A DNA stretch of 64,000 nucleotides from an uncultured Chloroflexia bacterium (GTDB lineage: Bacteria; Chloroflexota; Limnocylindria; Limnocylindrales; CSP1-4), in contig CAVTHS010000005.1 in NCBI GenBank assembly GCA_963734535.1, positions 1-64,000 on the forward strand. The letters run 5' to 3'. The position numbers and the translations under genes are program-made. This document shows positions 53,257-62,140 of the stretch, piece by piece (the stretch's first letter is position 1; each line of letters begins with the position of its first letter). Under the pieces are notes generated by a model, which saw only the letters and a list, made by a program, of their open reading frames with translations, was not told the DNA's origin and ran no database searches.

Positions 53257-54333
53257 TCAGCGCTCGACGATCGCCACGTCCACCGAGGCGATCGGCGGCA
53301 GGTTCGCGGCGATCGTCGTCCACGTCTCGCCCTCGTCGGCTGAGCCGTAGATCTGGCCCGTGGAGGTCCCGATGTACACCCCTGCCGGCTCGAGGTCGTC
53401 GACCGCCATCGCCTCGCGCAGCACCGAGATGTAGGCGTCTCGCGGTGGCAGGCCGCGATCCAGGCGCACCCAGCTCGCTCCACGATCTCGCGTCCGCCAG
53501 ACGGCCGGCCTCGCGTCCGGAGCGAAGCGCCCCTTGTCGGCTCCGTTGAGCGGCATCACCCAGGCGGTCCCGGGATCGCGGGGGTGGACGCCGATCGGGA
53601 AGCCGAAATCCGAGGGAAGCCCCGCGGTGATCTCCGTCCACGTGCTCCCGGCGTCGTCCGAGCGGTAGACGCCACAGTGGTTCTGCTGGTAGAGGGTCGC
53701 CGGCTCGCCCGCCGCCTTCGCGAGCTTGTGGACACACTGGCCGAACTCGGGCGCCGGCCCCGGCACGAAGTCGGCGCGGACACCCGTGTTGCGGGTGTTC
53801 CAGGTCGCCCCGCCGTCGCGCGTCTCGAACACCCCCACGGCGCTGATGCCGACCCAGAGGTGCGCCGGGTCGGCTGGATCCGCGACGATCGTGTGGCAGA
53901 TCAGGCCGCCGTTTCCCGGCTGCCAGTCGGGCCGGCTCGGATGCGCGCGCAAGCCCTCGAGCTGGGTCCACGTCCGCCCGCCGTCATCGCTCCGGAACAG
54001 GCCGGCCGGCTCGACGCCGGCATAGAGCGCGCCGGCGGCCGCGGTCACGTTCCAGACGCGGGTGAGGTCGGGCCCCGCATCACCGTAGGTGAGGCCTGCC
54101 GACGAATGCGTCCACGTCGCGCCCAGGTCCCCGCTGCGCCATACCGCCGGCCCGAACCAGGGCGAGCCGCCGCCTGCGAGGATCGCCCCGTCCGACGGAT
54201 CGAGGCTGACGTCGTGGATCGAGAAGCCCTCGCAGAACGGCCCGCGGATCGACCAGCTCCGACGCGCCGCGTCGCCGTCGACGATGAAGGCGCCCTTTCG
54301 GGTTCCGACCAGGAGAACCGCTCCACGCGACAT
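53257..54333 (-). CDS. BNR/Asp-box beta-propeller protein (sialidase-like fold)
   Basis: VGTRKG plus repeated S/T-x-D-x-G-x-T/S-W boxes (SGDLGATW, SDDGGRTW, TRDGGATW, SDDAGSTW, TRDRGASW, SADEGETW). Confidence 0.85.
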   Translation of the reverse strand: MSRGAVLLVGTRKGAFIVDGDAARRSWSIRGPFCEGFSIHDVSLDPSDGAILAGGGSPWFGPAVWRSGDLGATWTHSSAGLTYGDAGPDLTRVWNVTAAAGALYAGVEPAGLFRSDDGGRTWTQLEGLRAHPSRPDWQPGNGGLICHTIVADPADPAHLWVGISAVGVFETRDGGATWNTRNTGVRADFVPGPAPEFGQCVHKLAKAAGEPATLYQQNHCGVYRSDDAGSTWTEITAGLPSDFGFPIGVHPRDPGTAWVMPLNGADKGRFAPDARPAVWRTRDRGASWVRLDRGLPPRDAYISVLREAMAVDDLEPAGVYIGTSTGQIYGSADEGETWTTIAANLPPIASVDVAIVER

Positions 54334-54440
54334 CGCTCTACCCCCCGTTGGCCTGTGTCGGCGTCTAGGGTAGCCTTGCATGCGCGGGACGGCACGCGCC
54401 AGCGCGTCCCACGCGTCGGCGAATTGGCAAGGAGGGGGCC

Positions 54441-54794
54441 ATGAACCTGAACAGCATCCTGATCGGGTCTGACAATCCGCAGCGCCTGGCCGCGTACTAC
54501 ACGGGGCTCTTCGGCAAGCCGGAGTGGGAGGACGGCCCGTATACGGGGTGGCGGATCGGCACCGGCGGGATGCTCGTCGGGCCGCACGACGCGGTCAAGG
54601 GCGCCAACCTGCAGCCGGGCCGCATCATCTGGAACATCGAGAGCGACGACGTCGCCGGCGACTTCGAGCGCCTCAAGTCTGCCGGTGCCCTGGTCGTCAA
54701 GGAGCCGTACAAGCCGAGCGAGACCTCGCCTGCGCTGATCGGGACCTTCTCGGATCCGGACGGCAACTACTTCCAGCTCGTCAGCCCGATGTAG
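54441..54794 (+). CDS. VOC/glyoxalase family protein
   Basis: LAAYYTGLFG, WNIESDDV, TFSDPDGNYFQL; AGGAGG RBS. Confidence 0.85.
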   Translation: MNLNSILIGSDNPQRLAAYYTGLFGKPEWEDGPYTGWRIGTGGMLVGPHDAVKGANLQPGRIIWNIESDDVAGDFERLKSAGALVVKEPYKPSETSPALIGTFSDPDGNYFQLVSPM

Positions 54795-54842
54795 TCACCG
54801 CGGGCATCGCGGCGAGCCGGTCTGACCAGGCCGCCCGCCTGG

Positions 54843-56294
54843 TCAGACCGGGAGCTCGGGCAGGCTGGCTGCCGCCACCGCCTGGCCGTGCCGTTTCTCC
54901 CGTTCGGAGACGGTGTGGAAGGTCAGGGCGGCAGCGGCCCCGGGGTCCTCGGCCTGCAATGCCTCGCGAGCGCGGCGGGTGATGATGTCGCCGCCGGCGC
55001 CGGTCATCACCCGCCCGAGCAGGAGGAGATGGTCGAAGTCGTAGAAGTCGCGGTACTCCAGGAGCGCATAGCCGAGGTACGTCCCGATCGTCTCGTAGAC
55101 GCGCACAGCGCGCGCATCGCCCCGGGACATCAGCTCCTGCAGGCGCACCAGGCGCTCGGGCAGGGAGACGCCGGGCTCGATCTCGATCCCGGCCGGGGCC
55201 AGCAGGCGCCCGGCAGCCTGCTGCGAGAGGTACTGGACGCCGCAGCCCCGGTCCCCGGACCACTCGTCGACGGGGGCGGTGGGCGCGTAGTCGATCGGCA
55301 CGAATGCCAGCTCGTCGAGACGTGACGTGAGGGCGCCTGCGGGCGTCACATACCCGGCCGCCTCGCTCGAGCCCATGGCCACGCCGAGCATCCCTCCGAC
55401 GCCGGTGAGCATCGCGCCGGCGAGTGCCGTCACCTCGCCGTCGTTGACGACCACGAACGGGATCCCGTTCCAGGCCCGCTGGAGCTCGCCGAAGAGCCCC
55501 CGGACACGCCGGTCGAAGAGGTCGCGAGGGACGGACCGGAAGAGCGACGCGACGCGGATCTCGCTATCGACGTAGACGCCCGCAGCGCTCCCGCCGATCG
55601 CGTCGACCCGCGGAAGGTGGGCCGCCGCGCGCCGGATCGAATCGTCGATCTGGTCGAGGTGCCATCCGGGATCGACGTGCGTGGCGGGATCCCAGGCGAT
55701 CTCCTCGCTGAACACGACGGTGCCATCGATCACCGCGGCGGCCTTCCGGTCGCTGGCCCCGAGGTCGAAGCCGATCCGGCAGCCGTCGAGGTGCCGGCCG
55801 AGGAGCGAGGCGGCCCCGGCGAAGGAAGGGAAGTCGCGGCGATCCGCGGCCACCACCTCGAGCTGGCTCAGGTAGACCTCGCCGCCCAGGATGCGCGCAT
55901 CGAACTGGCCGGTTGGGTCGGCCCGGTAGTGGCGGCGCAGGTGCGCAACGAGCGCGGAGGGCCCGTCGACCCAGATGCGACTGCCGCCATGCGACCAGAG
56001 CATCGACTTGAGCAAGCGCTCACAGAACGCGTAGCTCGCGGCGGCAGCCGGGTGACCGTCCTCGAAGACGAGCGCCTCGCGAGTGAGGACCGCGCCGGCC
56101 GGCTGCTCGACCGCGAGGGCGACCGACCTGCCGCCCGGGGTCCGGCGGACCGCGGCGTCGAGCGCACGCCGTGCCAGCACGGCGGGCCGGAATGCAGGGT
56201 CGAGCGGCGGTACCGCCCCCGGCGGAACGAGGTACGGGGTGGCCGCGCCGCCGCCAGCGCCGCCGCCACGGGCGCCGGTCTCCTCGAAAGCCAT
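54843..56294 (-). CDS. ROK family protein with an N-terminal extension
   Basis: IGFDLGASDRK, GGSAAG, VVNDGEVTAL, AMGSSEAAG. Confidence 0.8.
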   Translation of the reverse strand: MAFEETGARGGGAGGGAATPYLVPPGAVPPLDPAFRPAVLARRALDAAVRRTPGGRSVALAVEQPAGAVLTREALVFEDGHPAAAASYAFCERLLKSMLWSHGGSRIWVDGPSALVAHLRRHYRADPTGQFDARILGGEVYLSQLEVVAADRRDFPSFAGAASLLGRHLDGCRIGFDLGASDRKAAAVIDGTVVFSEEIAWDPATHVDPGWHLDQIDDSIRRAAAHLPRVDAIGGSAAGVYVDSEIRVASLFRSVPRDLFDRRVRGLFGELQRAWNGIPFVVVNDGEVTALAGAMLTGVGGMLGVAMGSSEAAGYVTPAGALTSRLDELAFVPIDYAPTAPVDEWSGDRGCGVQYLSQQAAGRLLAPAGIEIEPGVSLPERLVRLQELMSRGDARAVRVYETIGTYLGYALLEYRDFYDFDHLLLLGRVMTGAGGDIITRRAREALQAEDPGAAAALTFHTVSEREKRHGQAVAAASLPELPV

Positions 56295-56481
56295 GGCCGA
56301 TCGATCCTCCTCTGCGGTTCCCGGCAGTGTGACCGACCAGATGCCCCGTCGCCGCACCGGGGGACGCGGAGCAGGCCGCCCCGATGCTGCGTCCCGGCAC
56401 GGTTCCCGTGCTGCCGGGCCTGGCAGCTCCCCGCTCGACGGCCGCTGGCCGACGGGAATCGCGTGGGATCGGGCCGGGCGC

Positions 56482-57525
56482 CTACGTATCCGGCAGCCCG
56501 AGCCGGGTTCGCACGGCTCCAACCGTCACGGGTTCGTCGTAACGCCATTCGACGAGCCTGATGCCGGCGCGCACGCAGGCGTCGCGCTTGCGCTCATCGA
56601 GCTCCCGGCGGCCCGCCAGCCCGGCCTCGCCGTCCCAGTGCTCGAGCGCCACGTAGTGCTGCTCCCCCTGGTACTCGATCGCGACCTCAAGCGAGGGGAT
56701 CAGGATGTCGAGGGACTGGCCGGCGCCGAGCCAGGGCGGGCGGGCCTGGCGGACGATCTCGACATGGGGCAGCGCCGCCTCGACGCAGCGGACGAGGTGA
56801 ATTTCGCTGACCCAGCCCTCGCCGCGCGCCGGGAGGCCCGTCTCCGCGCGATAGCGCGCCTCCATCTCGGCGAAGAACTCGGCCTGGTCACGCTCGTCGA
56901 ACCATTCCTCGGCGTCCCGGCCCCGGGCAATCTGGCCGCTTGCGGCCGACAGCGGATCATCCAGCCACCAGCCGTCGGGCGGTTCGGAGCCGAACCGGAC
57001 GACAAACCGCTCATGCCACCAGCCGCGCCCGTCGCGCGCACAGAGGGTCGCGATCCCGTCCCGGTGGCGGTCGAAGAAGGTCTGGCTCTGCGCCCGCGGA
57101 CCACCCCGGGCGCGCTCACGCCGCGCAAGGTCGGCCGCCGGCCGGCTCAGCTCCGCCCCGGCTGCCTCCTGCGCGCGGCGCAGGCTCGAGGCGATCGGGT
57201 CCAGCGCCGCCCGGCGCGCATTGGGAAAGGCTTCGTCCTCCTCGAGGCGCTCCGCCAGTGCGGCGTGCGCTTCCAGGGCCGCGGCGCGCCATCGGTCGGC
57301 GGCTGCAGAGCGTTCCCCGTCCTGCTCCATCGCCCGGCAGAGGTGTTCGAGCGCCTGCAGGTGGGCCAGGCTGGCAAGGATCACGTCGCCGGCCGACCGC
57401 GGATCGGCGGCCGCCAGAAGCGCGACGGCGCGTTCCAGCTCCGTCCCGTGATCGCCGGCATCGCACGCGTCGCGCCGGGCCCGGTCGAGCCGATCGAACG
57501 CCCGCCGTCGAGGATCGGCCGCCAT
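56482..57525 (-). CDS. Hypothetical protein with a C-terminal Vsr/DUF559-like PD-(D/E)XK nuclease domain
   Basis: WVSE...RPPWLG...LDILIPSLEVAIEYQGEQHY...DERKR...GIRLVEWRY. Confidence 0.7.
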   Translation of the reverse strand: MAADPRRRAFDRLDRARRDACDAGDHGTELERAVALLAAADPRSAGDVILASLAHLQALEHLCRAMEQDGERSAAADRWRAAALEAHAALAERLEEDEAFPNARRAALDPIASSLRRAQEAAGAELSRPAADLARRERARGGPRAQSQTFFDRHRDGIATLCARDGRGWWHERFVVRFGSEPPDGWWLDDPLSAASGQIARGRDAEEWFDERDQAEFFAEMEARYRAETGLPARGEGWVSEIHLVRCVEAALPHVEIVRQARPPWLGAGQSLDILIPSLEVAIEYQGEQHYVALEHWDGEAGLAGRRELDERKRDACVRAGIRLVEWRYDEPVTVGAVRTRLGLPDT

Positions 57526-57554
57526 CGCCGGAGGATAGGGCCCTAACAAGGGGA

Positions 57555-57629
57555 TGGTCGGGGCGGTGGGATTCGAACCCACGACCTCGTGCTCCCAAAG
57601 CACGTGCGCTGCCGCTGCGCTACACCCCG
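57555..57629 (-). tRNA. tRNA-Pro(UGG)
   Basis: Full cloverleaf CGGGGTG...CGTGC-TTTGGGA-GCACG...GTGGG-TTCGAAT-CCCAC CGCCCCG A CCA. Confidence 0.96.
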
Positions 57630-57746
57630 ACGGATTCGGTGACCAGGAACCGCCGACCGCCCCTCGAGCACCGCCCAAACGATAGCCTACAGCGCTCCAA
57701 CCGCACGACGATGCCTTGTTCAGCCTCCGATGGGCGGCGACCACGG

Positions 57747-58820
57747 CTACTCGTCGAGCGCCTCGAGCAGGAGCGGGAGGGAGCGATGGAGGTCGCGCTG
57801 CCAGTAGGGCCAGGTGTGGGTACCCGCACCGTAGGCGTCAACGGTCACCGGGACGCCCAGGGCGGCGAGTTCATGGACGAAGGTCTCGCTCATCGGGGCG
57901 ATCCACTCCTCCACCTGGTCCGCAGATGTGCCGCCCGTGTCGAGTGGTCCCGGCTGCCCGTTGCCGTACGCCACGTAGAGCGCGGTTCCATTGAGGGCCG
58001 CCGCGTTAGCGGTCGGGTTGTGGACCTTCCACACGTCTGCCTGCGCCACGGGGTCTCCCCACAGGTCCCCGGGCCACGTCAAGCCGACAGACCCGACCGC
58101 CATGTCGATGTGCCCGCCCACCGGGTCGAGGACCCCGCTGAACGAGGCGGCCGCCGCGAACATCCCCGGCTGGCGCTCGGCGTACTCGATGGCCCCGTAG
58201 CCGCCCATCGAGAACCCTGCGATCACGCGCTTATCGCCCGCGTGCCAGTTCCGCTCCAGCAGCTGGCGCAGTTCGGTCAGGTGAAACGTCTCCCACTTCG
58301 GCGGCCCATCCGCACCCCGGTTCCACCAGTCCGAGTAATACCCCATGGAGCCCGCATCGGGCATGGCCACGAGCAGGTCGGTGGCGGCAGTCAGCGCCTC
58401 GACGTCGGTGCTGACCGTCCAGTCCAGGTGCGACCCGGTGGCACCGTGAAGCAGGTACAGCACGGGCCAGCGGGTGGAGGGCTTGGCGTCGAACCCGCTC
58501 GGGATCAGGAGTCGGACCATCACCGTGCCAACGGCCGGCAAATCGATGCGGAGATCCCGAATCCGGGAGTCGAGCGTGGTGACCGCTGTGATCCTTGCGC
58601 CATCATCGGCCGGTGCGCCGAAGGCCGGGATGAGGGTCGCCGCGCCGGTCGAAAGGAGTGTCGGCGAGGCGGTCACGATCGGTGTGGCGACTGCCGCAGA
58701 AGGGACGCCGGCCGTCGGGGTCGGCGATGGCGCCGAGGTGGCGGCTGGGGCGCATCCGGCCAGCAGGCCGACGACACTGAGAACGACGAAGAGCCGTCTC
58801 GTTGGGGTGCGCTCACACAT
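57747..58820 (-). CDS. Secreted alpha/beta-hydrolase lipoprotein (esterase family, antigen-85-like)
   Basis: Lipobox LAGC, WPVLYLLHG, nucleophile motif GFSMGG, GTHTWPYW. Confidence 0.87.
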   Translation of the reverse strand: MCERTPTRRLFVVLSVVGLLAGCAPAATSAPSPTPTAGVPSAAVATPIVTASPTLLSTGAATLIPAFGAPADDGARITAVTTLDSRIRDLRIDLPAVGTVMVRLLIPSGFDAKPSTRWPVLYLLHGATGSHLDWTVSTDVEALTAATDLLVAMPDAGSMGYYSDWWNRGADGPPKWETFHLTELRQLLERNWHAGDKRVIAGFSMGGYGAIEYAERQPGMFAAAASFSGVLDPVGGHIDMAVGSVGLTWPGDLWGDPVAQADVWKVHNPTANAAALNGTALYVAYGNGQPGPLDTGGTSADQVEEWIAPMSETFVHELAALGVPVTVDAYGAGTHTWPYWQRDLHRSLPLLLEALDE

Positions 58821-58970
58821 GCTCGGGCCTCCTCGGACGCGATCATCGCGAGTCGGTCTCGCCAGTGGCTCGACGTGGTCCCGGCTTCGGGCCAGCGCGA
58901 TGGCTCAGCCTTGTGACGCCAGTATGCCCGCTCGTTTTCGGCCCGCGGATCGTTCGCGGCGCAGGGCTCG

Positions 58971-60128
58971 TCAGGCAGGAACCACCGGCGCGATCGGGTA
59001 CGGCACGAGGATCTCGCCGCCGGCGGGCGTCACGCGGTAGACATCCTCGTGGCGCACGCCTCCGAAGCCCGGGATCGCGAGGATCGTGTGGCCGATGGTC
59101 AGGGTCATGCCATCCCGCAGCGGGATGTTGCGGTGGGGCGGGATGATCGTCGAGGCGGGCGTCTCCTCGAATCGGAGGCCGATGCCGTGCCCGATCCCGT
59201 TGACCTGGTACTCGGCCAGGCCGCGCTCGCGGAGCACCGCTCCCGCGCACGCATCGAGCTGGGCCACGGTCGCTCCCGGGCGCATGGCGTCTCGCACGAC
59301 CGGGATCAGCTCCTCGTACCCCTCCAGCAGGGAGCGCTGTCGCGCATCCGGCTCGCCCAGCACGAACGTCCGGGCGAGGTTCGCGCAGTAGCCGTCGACG
59401 ACGGGCGTCAGGTCGATGACGACGAGATCGCCGGCGCGCATCGGTCGCGGGCTGTGCCAGCCGTGGAGCATGCAGGTCTCGCGGCCGACGTTGACATAGA
59501 TCGGCGTGCTGGTCCGTTCGGCGCCTGCCCGCATCATCGCGTACATCGCCTCGGTGGCGATGTCATGGCCGGTCGCGCCCTCGCGCAGCAGGCTCCGTGC
59601 GCGATCCATTCCGACGCCGGCGATCCGTTGTGCCACGGTCATCGTCGCGATCTCCGCGGGCTCCTTCACCCCACGCAGCGGATCCATGATCGGATCCGAG
59701 GAGACCAGATCCACTCCGGGGTTCACCTTCCGGAACATCTCCACCAGGAAGGCGGGCGTCTCGAACCACTGCTGCATAGCGACGCGAAGATGAGTCCCGG
59801 GCGCCCGGGAGCCACCCTCGGTCGCGGCCGCGATCTCCCGCAGGCGGGTCACGACGTCGTTGATCTGACCGCCCACCGATCCCCAGATCAGGATCGGGCC
59901 GTCACCCATGATCGCCCGGAGCTCGTCCTCCTCGGCGGCGAATGCGACCAGGGCGGGTGCCCCGGTTGCCGGGATGATCGCGCGCGGCTGCGCCCGGTCG
60001 ATGCCGAAGAACCAGCGGTAGTCGTCGTGGTTCATCACCACGATCGCGGCCACGCCCTGCTCGCGCATCAGCGCCTGGGCCCGCTCGATGCGGTCGAAGC
60101 GGACGGTGGATGTCTTCTCAATCGTCAT
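58971..60128 (-). CDS. M24 (Xaa-Pro peptidase/creatinase fold) protein
   Basis: LRGVKEPAEI, LHG, IDLT...GYCANLART, GHGIGL, GGVRHED. Confidence 0.85.
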   Translation of the reverse strand: MTIEKTSTVRFDRIERAQALMREQGVAAIVVMNHDDYRWFFGIDRAQPRAIIPATGAPALVAFAAEEDELRAIMGDGPILIWGSVGGQINDVVTRLREIAAATEGGSRAPGTHLRVAMQQWFETPAFLVEMFRKVNPGVDLVSSDPIMDPLRGVKEPAEIATMTVAQRIAGVGMDRARSLLREGATGHDIATEAMYAMMRAGAERTSTPIYVNVGRETCMLHGWHSPRPMRAGDLVVIDLTPVVDGYCANLARTFVLGEPDARQRSLLEGYEELIPVVRDAMRPGATVAQLDACAGAVLRERGLAEYQVNGIGHGIGLRFEETPASTIIPPHRNIPLRDGMTLTIGHTILAIPGFGGVRHEDVYRVTPAGGEILVPYPIAPVVPA

Positions 60129-60512
60129 GCAGGCATCCTGCCACGGGAGCATGGCCGGTGCCGCGGTCCTCCCGTTGACCGCCGCGCTTGTCCTGTCCCG
60201 GCGGCCGGCCCAGCGACCTCGACCCGAGTCCCGGGAGAGCACGCCACCCCCCGCATGGAGAACGAATCGGTACTCCGCCCCAACCGCCACGCCGGGCACG
60301 TCCGCGGACCGGGTGGCGCCGGCTGCGCCATCGTCGCGCTCGAGCGTGCGTCGGGTCACGGTTGCGTCCTCATCACAAGCGCCGTCGGGATGGCATTGAC
60401 ATGAACCCGCAACGTTGTCGGTGGGCCGGCCATAGGTGTCCGTCTTCTCCGACGCGGAAGACTGAACGCGCGCCGACGGATGGAAGAGTGCACCCGCGCC
60501 ACGGAGGTCCAA

Positions 60513-61745
60513 GTGATATCGACCGATACCGCGACACCAACCGCGATCAGCTCGAGCGACCGGCTACGCATCGCGCTGCTTTCGCCGCCGATGCTCCCCG
60601 TCCCGCCCGAGAAGTACGCCGGGACCGAGCGCATCGTGGCGGCCCTGGCCGATGGCCTTCATCGTCGAGGGCACCACGTCACGCTCTTCGCACCGGGAGA
60701 CTCACAGGTCGACTGCGCCCTCGTGCCAACGGTCCCGCGCAGCCTGTGGTCCCTCGGCTACCGGGATGATCCTTCGGCGTACATCACGATCACGCTGGCC
60801 AAGGCATCGGCGATGGCCGACCAGTTCGACGTGATCCACTCGCACCTCGAGGCCCTCGGACTGCCGTTCGCGCGCTCGTGTCCCACCCCGACGGTGTCGA
60901 CCCTCCACGGTCGACTCGACACCGCGGGCATGCCCGCGCTGCTCCACGAGTTCCGGGAGGTACCGCTCGTCGCGATCAGCGACAGCCAGCGGCGCTGGTC
61001 ACCCGAAGCCAACTGGAGGCGAACGATCCATCACGGTCTCGACTTCGGCGCGACTCCGTTCAAAGGGCTGCCCGGCGACTATCTCGTCTTCGTCGGCCGC
61101 ATCGCGCCCGAGAAGGGCGTCGCCGAGGCGATCGAGCTGGCGCGCACAACCGGGCTGGTGCTGCGCATGGCCGCCAAGGTGTACGCGGACGCGGAGCGCG
61201 AGCTGTTCGATCGCGTGGTGGCGCCCGCGATTGCCGACGGTGTCGTCGACTTCGTCGGTGAGGTCGGGCCAGGGGAGCGCGATGCGCTGGTCGCGGGCGC
61301 ACTGGCAAGCGTCATGCTCGGAGCCTGGCCGGAACCGTTCGGCCTCGTCGCGATCGAATCCATGGCGACGGGCACGCCGGTGATCGCCCGGCGCGCCGGC
61401 GCCCTGCCCGAGATCATCGAGCACCATCGGACGGGATTCCTCGTGGACGACATCGACGAGGCGCGCCTGGCGGTCGATCGCGCGGCGTCGCTCGACCGGC
61501 GGGTCATTCGCGACCGTACGCGCCGACGCTACTCCGCTGAGCGGATGGTCGACGCATACGAGCAGGTCTATCGCGGCCTTGTCGGCCAGCGTGTCGCGCG
61601 GCCGGGCGCATCCGCGCCGGGATCCGGCCAGGTCGCCATTCGCCGCGACGGAGTCACCCGGATCCTCGCGACGGCAGACGGGCGCGGCGGACGTACGGCG
61701 GCGATCGGCAGGTCCGCGCGATCGGCGGCGACGCAGCGAGGATGA
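60513..61745 (+). CDS. Glycosyltransferase family 4
   Basis: PVPPEKYAGTER, GHHVTLFA, TLHG, GRIAPEKG, WPEPFGLVAIESMATGTPVI. Confidence 0.92.
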   Translation: MISTDTATPTAISSSDRLRIALLSPPMLPVPPEKYAGTERIVAALADGLHRRGHHVTLFAPGDSQVDCALVPTVPRSLWSLGYRDDPSAYITITLAKASAMADQFDVIHSHLEALGLPFARSCPTPTVSTLHGRLDTAGMPALLHEFREVPLVAISDSQRRWSPEANWRRTIHHGLDFGATPFKGLPGDYLVFVGRIAPEKGVAEAIELARTTGLVLRMAAKVYADAERELFDRVVAPAIADGVVDFVGEVGPGERDALVAGALASVMLGAWPEPFGLVAIESMATGTPVIARRAGALPEIIEHHRTGFLVDDIDEARLAVDRAASLDRRVIRDRTRRRYSAERMVDAYEQVYRGLVGQRVARPGASAPGSGQVAIRRDGVTRILATADGRGGRTAAIGRSARSAATQRG

Positions 61746-61754
61746 AGCCGGGGT

Positions 61755-61811
61755 CGAGCCGGCACCGGGCCGAGCCGGCACCGGGCCGAGCCGGCACCGG
61801 GCCGAGCCGGC
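61755..61811 (+). repeat. 16-bp tandem repeat (~3.5 copies), intergenic
   Basis: CGAGCCGGCACCGGGC x3 plus CGAGCCGGC. Confidence 0.9.
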
Positions 61812-61889
61812 CGAGACGGCCATTGATCGGCCCCGACACGCGCATGCATGCCGCGACGGACGCGGCCGATTCGGACGTGGAGGTGCGAT

Positions 61890-62069
61890 ATGCCACGGGG
61901 CGCCTGGTCGCCGAAGCGCGAGCGACAGTACGAGCACATCAAGGAGAGCGAGATCGACGCGGGTCGATCGGAGCAGACGGCCGAGAAGATCGCTGCCCGC
62001 ACGGTCAACAAGCAACGCGCGAAGGCCGGGGAGGCACGCGGCGGCGACCCGGACCGCCGCGCGCGCTGA
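61890..62069 (+). CDS. Small basic protein (ChaB-like family often annotated 'plasmid stabilization protein')
   Basis: MPRGAWSPKRERQYEHIKES...AEKIAARTVNKQRA; GGAGG RBS. Confidence 0.75.
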   Translation: MPRGAWSPKRERQYEHIKESEIDAGRSEQTAEKIAARTVNKQRAKAGEARGGDPDRRAR

Positions 62070-62140
62070 TCGGTCGCCCGCCGTCGGCGCGCATGCATAC
62101 GCCGGCCGCTCGCCCCGAAGGTGTCGCGTAGACTCCGGCG

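Noticed and set aside
57555-57600. Prophage or ICE integrated at tRNA-Pro
   Set aside because: No integrase and no duplicated tRNA 3' end was seen in the window
39261-61811. Short tandem repeats at 39261 and 61755 (also 28177) as CRISPR arrays
   Set aside because: The units are contiguous with no unique spacers, and no cas genes are present
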